This document shows, piece by piece, positions 9,895 to 18,989 of a stretch of 64,000 nt of DNA. How positions within the stretch are numbered: the first letter of the stretch is position 1; each line of letters opens with the position of its first letter. The notes beneath the pieces were generated by a model. That model made no database searches and had not been told where the DNA came from. It worked only from the letters and a program-made list of their open reading frames with translations. A program made the position numbers and the translations under genes. The stretch comes from Patescibacteria group bacterium. Its GTDB lineage: Bacteria > Patescibacteriota > Minisyncoccia > Moranbacterales > DUUL01. The DNA lies in NCBI GenBank assembly GCA_034658815.1, contig JAYEFY010000048.1:62020-126019 (forward strand), in the 5' to 3' direction.

Positions 9895-10209
9895 ATGAGT
9901 AAAACTTTTATTTTTGAAAGAAAAATAGAATTTCGGCTTGGAGGCGAGAATGTTCGGATGGAAAGAATAGGAGTTAATAAAATTCGGCTCTATACCGGTA
10001 AAACAGATAACTTTGATTTTAACAATACGATGAGGCGGGAACAGTTTGACAGAAACTTCATTAACGCGCTCAACCAAGTTCTTAAAGAAGACAAACAGCT
10101 TGACATTGAGGACAGGGATGTTGAGCGAAGGATGGACGGCGTGCGCGAGAGTCTGGAAAGGGACGACAACAAAATCATTTTCAAAATAACATTCCGAATG
10201 CTGCACTAG
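9895..10209 (+). CDS. Hypothetical protein, paralog 3
   Basis: Start at 9895 (MSKTF) matches the length of paralog 2; the ATG at 9856 is an alternative. Confidence 0.75.
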   Translation: MSKTFIFERKIEFRLGGENVRMERIGVNKIRLYTGKTDNFDFNNTMRREQFDRNFINALNQVLKEDKQLDIEDRDVERRMDGVRESLERDDNKIIFKITFRMLH

Positions 10210-10296
10210 GAATCGGTGAAATTCTGATTTTTTGTTGCAAAAGCATATTTGGGAATAGTCCCATTTCGATTCTCACAATAGATTAGCCAAACTGTC

Positions 10297-11751
10297 ATGG
10301 AAGGGAAATTACGCTTAAGCGATGCGATAGTTTATCTTTGTTTTGGAATATTGGGCGGCGTTTTTTTAGCGTCGCTTTTTGGTATTGCCACGGCGCTTAT
10401 TTCAGGAACAGTATTATGTCTTGGCTGGCTTATTTTTATAAGAAAACATATTTTTGTCGTAAGTATTCTAATTCCGGGATTTGCATTGGGGCTTTTCGGA
10501 ATGAATTTGGAACTTCATTTTATTGGCGCGCAATACCCGGATCATTTTAAGGGATCGGCGGCGGTCATCGGCGATCCGGTAATGAAAAGTGATTATCAGC
10601 GTGTTATTCTTGAACCGATAGACAGTGAAAATTCACACAAGCGGCTAATTGCGTTCACTCCTCTATATCCGCGATTTCAATCACAAGACCGTCTTTATGT
10701 CGAGTGTATATTGAAAAAGCCTGAAAATAAAAACGACGGGTTTGACTATGTCCGTTATCTTGCCAAGGATGGAATATATAGAATTTGCGCCAAAGCTTCT
10801 TTAAAGCCATTAAATAATGGTCAGCGAGCGCATAGCGCGTTCTTATTTGATCTGAAACGAAAAATTGAGAACAGCATTGAAAGATCATTGCCGGAACCGG
10901 AATCGTCATATCTTGCCGGGCTATTGCTGGGTGGAAGCGATAGATTGCCGAAAGACATTGCCGAAGCATTTCGTCTGACCGGAACAACTCACACAGTCGC
11001 GGTGTCCGGACACAATATCACGATCATCGCGGGTGCGATATCAGTATTTCTGTTATTTTGCGGAATGTGGAGAAAGCAGGCATTTTGGTTTTCCGTAATA
11101 GGGATCGTTTCATTTGTATATTGCATCGGCGCTCCATCATCAGCAGTGCGCGCGGCGATCATGGCTATTTGCGTGCTTTGGGCGGCCAAGAACGGACGGC
11201 TTGCAAATTCAGGGAAAGCGCTGCTTTTCGCGGCCACCGCGATGGTTATGTGGTCTCCTCTTATTCTTATCTATGACGTAGGATTTCAATTGTCATTTCT
11301 CGCAACGCTGGGCATTGTATATATCTATGCCCCTTTAGCCGAGAAATTAGATATTTCAAGGGATTTTCTTGAACTTAGATCAATTATCCTCATCACTTTT
11401 TCCGCTCAAATTGCCGTGGCCGGGATTATCATCTACCAATTCGGTGCCTTTTCTCCGTATTCATTGGCAGTAAATTTTATTATTTTGCCGCTGATCCCCG
11501 TCATTATGCTGATTGGATTTATAATGATAGTGCTAAGTTTTGTTTCGATGGCTTTTGCTCAGCCGTTTGCCATCGGAGTGTGGGCGCTGCTTCATTTCGA
11601 AATTGAGACCATTGAATTTTTCTCCCATATTCCATATGTGAACATTGGCATTGAAAACGTGAGTGCCGCATGGCTGGCACTCTATTATATTTTTATTGCC
11701 GGAATTATTATATACTTACAAAAGCCAAGAATGTTATATCCCGAGAAATAA
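10297..11751 (+). CDS. comEC: ComEC/Rec2 competence channel (DUF4131 + competence domain)
   Basis: GTTHTVAVSGHNI, SSAVRAAIM, DVGFQLSFLAT. Confidence 0.93.
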   Translation: MEGKLRLSDAIVYLCFGILGGVFLASLFGIATALISGTVLCLGWLIFIRKHIFVVSILIPGFALGLFGMNLELHFIGAQYPDHFKGSAAVIGDPVMKSDYQRVILEPIDSENSHKRLIAFTPLYPRFQSQDRLYVECILKKPENKNDGFDYVRYLAKDGIYRICAKASLKPLNNGQRAHSAFLFDLKRKIENSIERSLPEPESSYLAGLLLGGSDRLPKDIAEAFRLTGTTHTVAVSGHNITIIAGAISVFLLFCGMWRKQAFWFSVIGIVSFVYCIGAPSSAVRAAIMAICVLWAAKNGRLANSGKALLFAATAMVMWSPLILIYDVGFQLSFLATLGIVYIYAPLAEKLDISRDFLELRSIILITFSAQIAVAGIIIYQFGAFSPYSLAVNFIILPLIPVIMLIGFIMIVLSFVSMAFAQPFAIGVWALLHFEIETIEFFSHIPYVNIGIENVSAAWLALYYIFIAGIIIYLQKPRMLYPEK

Positions 11752-11763
11752 AAATATACTAAA

Positions 11764-12630
11764 ATGCATCAGCGCTATAAGCAATTTCTAATATTTTTTA
11801 TTCTGATCCTTTTGCTTCTGCTTGTTGGTTTTGAAACTGTATCTCTTTCCTTCAAAAAACACAATCCACTTGAAGTACACTTTCTGGATATTGGGCAGGG
11901 CGATGCCACGCTTGTTCAATATCTTGGGTCATATCAGATCCTTATCGACGGAGGGCCGAATGGCAAAAAACTTTTGTCCGAATTGTCGAAAGTTATGCCG
12001 GCCACTGATCGCACGATCGAGATCGTAATTATGACGCATCCCGATAAAGATCATTTTGGCGGGTTGATCGATGCCATGAAAGCATATTCGGTAAAAATTG
12101 TTTTGTGCAATGGGCAGGAAGCGGATACGGAGATTTTCAGACAATATAAAAAAGTTATTGAAGAACAAGAGATAAAAGAATATACGTTGGGCGAAGGATC
12201 GAAAATATCTATTGGAAAAAAACTTGATCTGAGAAGTTTTAACCCCGATGTTATTGTGTCATCGAAAAGTGACAGAAATGAACACTCGATCGTGATAAGG
12301 ATGGACTATGGAGAAAATTCATTTCTTTTTACCGGTGACGCGGATTCCAGATCCGAAGCGGATATGTTAGAAGACCAAGAGGATGTTAATGTTGACTGGC
12401 TCAAAGTGGGGCATCACGGATCAAAACATTCAACAACAGAGAATTTTATCAAGAAAGTAACTCCGGAGTACGCGATCATTTCCTGCGGAAAGAATAATCG
12501 TTATGGCCATCCGCATGAGGATGTTCTTGGGCGACTGCGTTCACGCGATGTGGAAGTATTAAGGACTGACACGGTAGGGACGATCTTGGTGGAATGCTTC
12601 GATTCTCGAAGTAAATGTTCGGTGAGATGA
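11764..12630 (+). CDS. ComEC-associated metallo-beta-lactamase-fold protein
   Basis: FLDIGQGDA, THPDKDHFGG, LFTGDA, LKVGHHGS, NRYGHPH. Confidence 0.92.
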   Translation: MHQRYKQFLIFFILILLLLLVGFETVSLSFKKHNPLEVHFLDIGQGDATLVQYLGSYQILIDGGPNGKKLLSELSKVMPATDRTIEIVIMTHPDKDHFGGLIDAMKAYSVKIVLCNGQEADTEIFRQYKKVIEEQEIKEYTLGEGSKISIGKKLDLRSFNPDVIVSSKSDRNEHSIVIRMDYGENSFLFTGDADSRSEADMLEDQEDVNVDWLKVGHHGSKHSTTENFIKKVTPEYAIISCGKNNRYGHPHEDVLGRLRSRDVEVLRTDTVGTILVECFDSRSKCSVR

Positions 12631-12644
12631 GCGGATAGAGGGAA

Positions 12645-12930
12645 ATGATCAATGTTCAATAACCAACCTTGCCTACCGGTAGGTAAGGTTTACAATCAAT
12701 TATCAATAGCAAACTCTTTGTCGTCTTGAGCGGATCCCGCGTCTAGCGGGAGAAGTCGAAAGATCCCTTTGCGGAGAATAGAGTCAATTTCAAAAATAGA
12801 AGACATTTCAACGTAGAGGGATTCCATTCAACTTTACTCAGGACAAAATAATGATCAATGTTCAATATTCAATTGCTGATTTAATTCATTGATAATTGAA
12901 AAATTGTAAATTGATAATTGAAAATTCAGT
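12645..12930. repeat. Heptamer-repeat tract interrupted by a REP-like palindromic element (12719-12845)
   Basis: aatgatcaatgttcaat occurs twice; attgataattgaaaa is repeated; internal tgtcgtcttgagcgg...gtcgaaagatccc ... ctcaggaca. Confidence 0.45.
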
Positions 12931-13212
12931 GCAGGATCCATTGCTGGAATGATCAAAACAAAATACCACTGTAAATTATTGATTCGAGTTGCTCTCCAAC
13001 ATGGTGAGACAGGTCAAATCCGCACCAGCGCTAAGAACACCAAATAGAAAATTTTCCAATAACAAGCCGGTGGGGTCGTTTTAAAAATCGTGATGAATCG
13101 CTTGCGCTAATTTAAAATTTTTTCTACAATAATAATACAAAAGACTCCCTCGCGGAGTTTTTAATTAAGGGGATAGCCCATTAAAGTAATTAACTTATTG
13201 TGTCCAAATAGT

Positions 13213-14292
13213 ATGAAATACGAAAAAGAATTTCCATTGTTCAAAAGCAAAGTCAAAGGAATTGATGAAAAGTTCAACTTATTTGATCTTGAAGGAAGAA
13301 AACGCTACTTTGAGGCGAAAGCCGGAGAGGATATAAAAAAACTCAGACGGTATTTTGATAATGGGAATACTTTTATCGCGTACATGCTCGGAAAGAAAAA
13401 TTCCGGCAAAGGAACTTACACCAAGCTTCTCATGGAACTATTTGGAAAAGATAGAATCGAACATATTTCTGTTGGTGATGTGGTAAGGTCAGTGCATTCT
13501 GACATAAGAAACGAATCAAAAAAGAAGGAACTTATCGAATACATGGAAAAGAACTACAGGGGATATATTTCGGTTGATGAAGCAATCGATGCATTTTTTG
13601 GTAAATCACAGGAGAAGTTGCTTCCAACTGAGTTTATTCTCGCACTGGTAAAGAAGGAGATGGACGAACTCGACAAAAAAACACTGTTTCTGGATGGTTT
13701 TCCCAGGGATCTTGATCAAGTTTCATACTCACTTTATTTTAGGGATCTCATAAATTATCGTGAAGACGACGATATTTTTGTGCTTATTGATATTCCGGAG
13801 TCGGTAATTGACGCGAGAATGAAAAGCAGGGTTGTGTGTCCCAAATGCCACACGCCAAGAAATCTAAAACTGTTCACGACAAAAGAAGTTGGATACGATG
13901 AAGAGAAAAACCAATATTATCTCAAATGCGATAATCCTAATTGTAATAATGAGAGAATGATCGGCAAAGAAGGAGATGATCTGGGAATTGAGTCAATTCG
14001 TAAACGGCTGGAACTTGACGGCCAACTTGCTGAAAAAGTTTTTTCGCTTCACGGCATTCCTAAAATTTTTCTCAGAAATGCCGTTCCGGTTAGCATGGCG
14101 AAGACGCATGTCGATGATTATGAAATAACGCCGGAGTACTATTACGAGCGAGATGAAAATACGAGCGAAATTATGACGAAAGAAAGGCCGTGGACCGTAA
14201 AAGACGATGAAGGAGTTGAAGTATACAGTTTACAGGCTCCTCCTGTTGCGGTGTCTTTGATAAAGCAACTGGTTAAGGTTCTCGGGTTGTAA
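13213..14292 (+). CDS. Adenylate kinase-like nucleoside monophosphate kinase with Zn lid (extended CPR form)
   Basis: GKKNSGKGT P-loop, HISVGD, LDGFPR, CPKC...CDNPNC. Confidence 0.75.
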   Translation: MKYEKEFPLFKSKVKGIDEKFNLFDLEGRKRYFEAKAGEDIKKLRRYFDNGNTFIAYMLGKKNSGKGTYTKLLMELFGKDRIEHISVGDVVRSVHSDIRNESKKKELIEYMEKNYRGYISVDEAIDAFFGKSQEKLLPTEFILALVKKEMDELDKKTLFLDGFPRDLDQVSYSLYFRDLINYREDDDIFVLIDIPESVIDARMKSRVVCPKCHTPRNLKLFTTKEVGYDEEKNQYYLKCDNPNCNNERMIGKEGDDLGIESIRKRLELDGQLAEKVFSLHGIPKIFLRNAVPVSMAKTHVDDYEITPEYYYERDENTSEIMTKERPWTVKDDEGVEVYSLQAPPVAVSLIKQLVKVLGL

Positions 14293-14321
14293 AAACCGTA
14301 AATTGGTAGATTAGAGCAAGT

Positions 14322-14350
14322 TTGACTTTTAAATAAAAATCGTATATAAT
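14322..14350 (+). promoter_or_regulatory. Sigma70 promoter for the lepB-hisS operon
   Basis: TTGACT-17 bp-TATAAT. Confidence 0.7.
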
Positions 14351-14364
14351 CCGTGGGATACTAA

Positions 14365-14481
14365 GAGTTTGCTTGAAAACTCCATATCCTGCTGCTGCAA
14401 TTTCTCCTCCAGAGGCGAACAAGTATATTTTAGCTGTCGCCTAGGCGAGATCGCAGCGGAAGAGGGTTTTCAAGCAAACTC
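14365..14481. mobile_element. MITE-like repeat family A, copy 2
   Basis: Perfect 16-bp TIR gagtttgcttgaaaac/gttttcaagcaaactc, flanked by TAA/TAA. Confidence 0.8.
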
Positions 14482-14555
14482 TAAGCTGTTTTATCGACAC
14501 ATTGAATTTTTATGTGAATATTTTGTTTTTCTTATAGCGCAGCCTATTCATAATT

Positions 14556-15239
14556 ATGAACATAGAAATACCAACAAATGACGCTTCTCGATCAAGTGTG
14601 GCTGATTCAGGAGGAGAAAAACCGGTGAAGTTGCAAGTTTCCGGGAAGAAGAAAGGGAAACAAGGCGTCTCGTTTTTTGTTGAGTTAGTAAAAACTCTTT
14701 TTTTGGCGTTTTTAATCATAATTCCGATCAGAACGTTTGTTTTTCAGCCTTTTTTTGTGCAAGGTTCATCAATGAAACCGAATTTTCATGATGGGGAATA
14801 TCTTATTATTAACGAACTTGGTTACAAGAAAACAGTAATTGCCGCGGGTAATAAGGAATTTTTTTCTATTGTTCCGTTCAAAAATCTAAAGCGAGGCGAT
14901 CCCGTCGTATTTCGTTATCCTCAGAATCCACGCCAATTTTTCATCAAAAGAATCGTTGGTCTTTCCGGAGAGCGTGTGGATATCCGTAATGGAAAGGTGA
15001 CAATATGCAATGAAGAGCATCCCGGAGGATTTGTTTTAAATGAAAATGAATATATCCCGAACCATGTCAAAACAAAAGGAAATGAGGAATTTGAACTGGG
15101 AAGCAATGAATATGTTGTTTTGGGAGATAATCGTTCGCATAGCAGCGACTCCAGAACATGGGGTACGCTTTCCGGTGATTTTATTGTTGGAAAAGTGCTT
15201 CTTAGAGCTTGGCCGATCAGTGAATTTGAACTTTTCTAA
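14556..15239 (+). CDS. lepB: Signal peptidase I
   Basis: GSSMKP (Ser), FIKRIVG (Lys), GDNRSHSSDSR. Confidence 0.95.
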   Translation: MNIEIPTNDASRSSVADSGGEKPVKLQVSGKKKGKQGVSFFVELVKTLFLAFLIIIPIRTFVFQPFFVQGSSMKPNFHDGEYLIINELGYKKTVIAAGNKEFFSIVPFKNLKRGDPVVFRYPQNPRQFFIKRIVGLSGERVDIRNGKVTICNEEHPGGFVLNENEYIPNHVKTKGNEEFELGSNEYVVLGDNRSHSSDSRTWGTLSGDFIVGKVLLRAWPISEFELF

Positions 15240-15287
15240 CAGGTCTAGCACACTTTATAAGCGGTATTTTAAATCAATGTCAAAAAA

Positions 15288-16682
15288 ATGGCCGTAAAAG
15301 AGAAAACCCAAAAAGGTAAAACTAAGCAAGAACATAAAAAACATACAAAACGATTTCAGACTGTTAGAGGAATGCGAGACATTTTACCGCAAGACCAGCC
15401 TTATTGGCAAAAAATAAGGCGGGTGGTTGAAAAAGTCGCTCATGATTTTAATTACCAGCGGATTGACATGCCGATAGTGGAATTTGTGGAGCTGTTTGAA
15501 AGAGGGACTGGCGCAGCGACCGATATTGTTGAGAAAGAAATGTTTAAGTTCAAGACACGCGGCAGAGACAGTGTTTGCCTAAGGCCGGAAGGAACTCCAT
15601 CCGTAGTCCGCGCCTATCTTCAACATGGCATGCAATCATATCCCAAACCGGTCAAACTTTTTTATATAGGTCCTATGTATCGATACGACAGACCGCAAGA
15701 AGGTCGATTCAGGGAGTTTTTTCATTTTGGATTCGAAGCAATTGGGGAGCGAGACGCGATTCTTGATGCTCAGCTTATCCAGCTTGCCTTAAGAATTTTC
15801 AAGTCAATCGGTCTTAAAAATACTTCTTTACAGTTAAACAGCATTGGATGCAGGGAGTGTCGTACGAATTATAATAAGCTTTTAACGACTTATTTTAATA
15901 ACAGAAAAAAGGCGCTATGCATGGATTGTAAAAAACGGCTTAAGAAAAATCCGCTAAGAATTCTTGATTGCAAAGAAGAAAAATGCACGCATGTTGTTTT
16001 TCAGGCGCCTCAGACAATTGATCATTTATGCAGTGAATGCAAAAATCATTTCACAATGCTGCTTGAGTGCCTTGACGAGATCGAAGTATCGTACGCCATC
16101 AATCCGTGTCTTGTTCGAGGACTTGATTATTATACAAAAACAGTGTTTGAATTTTGGCCGCAAGAATTTGAAGATAGAGCCCAGTTATCGTTGGGCGGCG
16201 GCGGACGCTATGATTACTTGGTGAAGACTTTGGGCGGGAGTGATACGCCTGCGGTTGGTTTTGCCTGCGGCATTGATAGAATGGCATTGGAAATGCGGAA
16301 ACAGGATGCCAAGGCGTATTATCCGTCGCCGCCGAAAGTTTATCTCGCTCAACTTGGCAATCTTGCGAAAAAGAAAAGCTTAAAAATATTTGAGGAGCTT
16401 GAAAAGAACGGGATCATAGTAACTGAAAGTTTTGGCAAGGGCAATCTTGGGTCGCAATTTCGGCAAGCCAGCCAACTCGGAGTTAGTATTGTTCTTATTC
16501 TTGGACAGCGTGAAGCTCTTGATGAAACAGTGATTCTGAAAGATATGGAAAGCGGAAGCCAAGAGGTCGTGACATTCAAACAGGTAGTCAAAGAGGTAAA
16601 AAAACGGATTAACAAAAACGCTAAGAACGCAAAAAAAGCCGTAGCGCAAAAGTCCGGCAAGCATAATAAGCGCAAAAAATAA
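15288..16682 (+). CDS. hisS: Histidine--tRNA ligase
   Basis: RGMRD, LRPEGT, RYDRPQEGRFREF, LVRGLDYYT, GGGRYD. Confidence 0.97.
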   Translation: MAVKEKTQKGKTKQEHKKHTKRFQTVRGMRDILPQDQPYWQKIRRVVEKVAHDFNYQRIDMPIVEFVELFERGTGAATDIVEKEMFKFKTRGRDSVCLRPEGTPSVVRAYLQHGMQSYPKPVKLFYIGPMYRYDRPQEGRFREFFHFGFEAIGERDAILDAQLIQLALRIFKSIGLKNTSLQLNSIGCRECRTNYNKLLTTYFNNRKKALCMDCKKRLKKNPLRILDCKEEKCTHVVFQAPQTIDHLCSECKNHFTMLLECLDEIEVSYAINPCLVRGLDYYTKTVFEFWPQEFEDRAQLSLGGGGRYDYLVKTLGGSDTPAVGFACGIDRMALEMRKQDAKAYYPSPPKVYLAQLGNLAKKKSLKIFEELEKNGIIVTESFGKGNLGSQFRQASQLGVSIVLILGQREALDETVILKDMESGSQEVVTFKQVVKEVKKRINKNAKNAKKAVAQKSGKHNKRKK

Positions 16683-16684
16683 TT

Positions 16685-17050
16685 ATGAGAGAATGCATTT
16701 TCTGTAAAATTGCAAATAAAGATACTCATTCGGAGGATATTGAATATGAGGATGATACCGTTATTGCATTTCCGGATGTACATCCCATTGCTCCCGTGCA
16801 TATTTTAATTATTCCGAAAAAACACATTGCGAGTATTAATGATCTGCCAGAGAATGGAGAAGGAGAAAAGATTGTCGGGAAATTGATCATGATAGCAAAG
16901 AAGCTTGCCGAGAAAAAAGGAATTGACAAAGATGGATACAAACTTTTATTTAGAACCGGGAAATATGGAGGACAAGAAGTTCCGCACATTCATCTTCATC
17001 TTATCGGAGGCGCTCGATTAAGCGAGGATATAAAGCCGATATATTCATAA
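16685..17050 (+). CDS. hinT: HIT family nucleotide-binding protein
   Basis: CIFCKI; HIHLHLIGG histidine triad. Confidence 0.92.
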   Translation: MRECIFCKIANKDTHSEDIEYEDDTVIAFPDVHPIAPVHILIIPKKHIASINDLPENGEGEKIVGKLIMIAKKLAEKKGIDKDGYKLLFRTGKYGGQEVPHIHLHLIGGARLSEDIKPIYS

Positions 17051-17112
17051 AAAGGACTCAAGGTCATGGTATCAATTTTTATAAATTATTTACGAAAGAA
17101 AGGAGGTCTGTC

Positions 17113-17373
17113 ATGGTAGAAGTCCAAAAGAAAGACAGGGAAACGTCCGAAGGTCTTGTTCGCCGATTTTCAAGACAGCTTCAGCAAAGCGGTGTTTTGC
17201 CGCACGCGCGAAAGCTTCGTTTTCGATTAAAGAAAAAAACAAGGCGGCAGCTTAGAGAAGAGGCTATGTACAAAGAAAAAGTTAGAAATGAAGTTGAGAA
17301 AATGAAAAAAATGGGAATTTTTGACGAAGAAAAGCTGAAAGATATTAAAAAGAAAATTAGCGCTAAACAATAA
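17113..17373 (+). CDS. rpsU: 30S ribosomal protein S21
   Basis: VEVQKKDRETSEGLVRRFSR..QQSGVL; classic hit-rpsU-yqeY order; AGGAGG Shine-Dalgarno. Confidence 0.8.
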   Translation: MVEVQKKDRETSEGLVRRFSRQLQQSGVLPHARKLRFRLKKKTRRQLREEAMYKEKVRNEVEKMKKMGIFDEEKLKDIKKKISAKQ

Positions 17374-17389
17374 CGAGTAATATTTTAAT

Positions 17390-17863
17390 ATGAGCCTTAA
17401 AAAAATCATTGCTGAAGACTTCAAAAACGCTTTCAAAAACAAGGAAACGGACAAAAAAGAAACATTATCAATGATACAATCGGATATCAAAAATAAGGAG
17501 ATCGAATTGAAAAAGCGCGAAAAAGGCCTTAATGATGAAGAAGTTATTGAAGTGCTTCGGCGTGCGATCAAGCAACGCAAAGATGCTCAGCAACAGTACA
17601 AAGATGGCGGCAGAGATGAATTAGCCGAAAAGGAGAAGAAAGAGGCCGATGTTTTAATGAACTATCTTCCTAAACAAATGGGTGATGAAGAAATTGAAGC
17701 CCGGCTTGTTTTGATTATTGAGCAAGTTGGCGCGAATGGCGAAAAAGATTTGGGAAAGGTGATGGGTACTGCGATGGCGTTGCTCAAAGATAAGGCTGAT
17801 GGCTCAAAGGTCAGGAAAATTGCCCGGCAACTATTGCAAAAACAAGGTGATGAACACGATTGA
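17390..17863 (+). CDS. yqeY: GatB/YqeY domain protein
   Basis: IKQRKDA.QQY..GGRDELAEKE...YLP; DLGKVMG. Confidence 0.92.
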   Translation: MSLKKIIAEDFKNAFKNKETDKKETLSMIQSDIKNKEIELKKREKGLNDEEVIEVLRRAIKQRKDAQQQYKDGGRDELAEKEKKEADVLMNYLPKQMGDEEIEARLVLIIEQVGANGEKDLGKVMGTAMALLKDKADGSKVRKIARQLLQKQGDEHD

Positions 17864-18287
17864 AGTCACAAATGCCACTTCAAGCAGGGTGCCTTTGTCG
17901 TTTTCGCAGTGTACCGCAGACGGATGCGTCCAAATAATAAAAGAAGAAAATTTTTTGTTTTTGCCCGCTAATATCATAATAAGCATTGCCTTTGTCGGCG
18001 AAAAAACAATTAAAGAACTGAATAATCGTTATAGAAGAAAGAACCGAGTGACTGATATCTTGTCGTTTTGTTATGAAAAAAAAGATGATACAATAGCGGG
18101 TGAACTGTTATTGTGCTGGCCGGTGATCAGAAGATACGCGCACGCGGATAAAAAAAATGAAAAAGATGAATTAAGAAAAAATATTGTTCACGGATTACTT
18201 CATGTATTTGGTTTTGAGCATAGCAAGATGATGTTTTCGTTGCAAGATGTTATAATAGAGAGGCTAAGTAAAAGATCTATTTCCTAA
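17850..18287 (+). CDS. ybeY: rRNA maturation endoribonuclease YbeY
   Basis: LNNRYR.KNRVTDILSF and HGLLHVFGFEH; start at ATG 17850. Confidence 0.9.
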   Translation: MNTIEVTNATSSRVPLSFSQCTADGCVQIIKEENFLFLPANIIISIAFVGEKTIKELNNRYRRKNRVTDILSFCYEKKDDTIAGELLLCWPVIRRYAHADKKNEKDELRKNIVHGLLHVFGFEHSKMMFSLQDVIIERLSKRSIS

Positions 18288-18356
18288 TTTTTGCCAGCGC
18301 TTCGCTCTACCTGCCCTGCCTATTGGCAGGCAGGGAGCTAGCTTGGAAACTGATCT
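18273..18356. repeat. MITE-like family B copy, overlapping the ybeY stop
   Basis: agatctatttcc ... ggcagggagctagcttggaaactgatct. Confidence 0.55.
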
Positions 18357-18370
18357 CTTAATACAAAAAA

Positions 18371-18727
18371 ATGGGTAGTATTAAAAAATTGATCAAAAGC
18401 CTCAGCCATGCGTTTAGCGGATTCGGGTTTATACTGCGAAGAGAGCAAAATATGAAAATTGAGCTTATTGCCGCAGCGCTTGTAATAATCGCCATGATCA
18501 TTACTCAAGTGCGGACATGGGAAGCAGTTGTCTTGACGATCATGATATCCGCGGTATTGATACTTGAAACACTTAACACCGCTCTTGAACAATTTATAAA
18601 TATGCTTAAACCCCGCGTTCATCCCAAAGCGAAGATCCTTAAAGATCTTATGGCTGCTGCTGTGTTTCTTGCTTCGATTACCGCCGCGGTTGTTGGCATA
18701 TTAATTTTTTTACCATATATTGTATAG
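18371..18727 (+). CDS. dgkA: Diacylglycerol/undecaprenol kinase
   Basis: SLSHAFSG, EQNMKI, ETLNTALE, KDLMAAAV; follows ybeY. Confidence 0.9.
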   Translation: MGSIKKLIKSLSHAFSGFGFILRREQNMKIELIAAALVIIAMIITQVRTWEAVVLTIMISAVLILETLNTALEQFINMLKPRVHPKAKILKDLMAAAVFLASITAAVVGILIFLPYIV

Positions 18728-18789
18728 TTTTTTCAATGCAATCAATTGAATGAGAAGCGGCATTTTTCTGAAAGGAAGAAAGATATAAC

Positions 18790-18989
18790 GAGATCATTCT
18801 TAAACTAATTCCTGCCAAAAATTGTCCCGGGTACTTGAGATCCACAGTCTTAAAAGAAGTTTCATAATTTTTGCTAACGCCCTGCCCTGCCTACTTCTGC
18901 CTACCCGGTAAGCAGGCGCTTGCAAGCAGCGAGGCAACGTTTCGCCTTTCATGAAAGGCGGGGCAGGCAGCTAGGTTGGGAGCAGTGCC
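18790..18989. repeat. MITE-like family B copy
   Basis: taaactaattcctgccaaaaatt ... ggcaggcagctaggttgggagcagtgcc. Confidence 0.55.

Noticed and set aside
10297-12630. Split ComEC (channel and MBL domain as separate genes) as a novelty
   Set aside because: Both ORFs are intact with their own starts; the split arrangement is common.
14369-14581. Short ORFs 14369-14581, 39872-40084, 40027-40248, and the 55081 extension of cmk
   Set aside because: They read through MITE sequence; similarity between them reflects the repeat, not a protein family.
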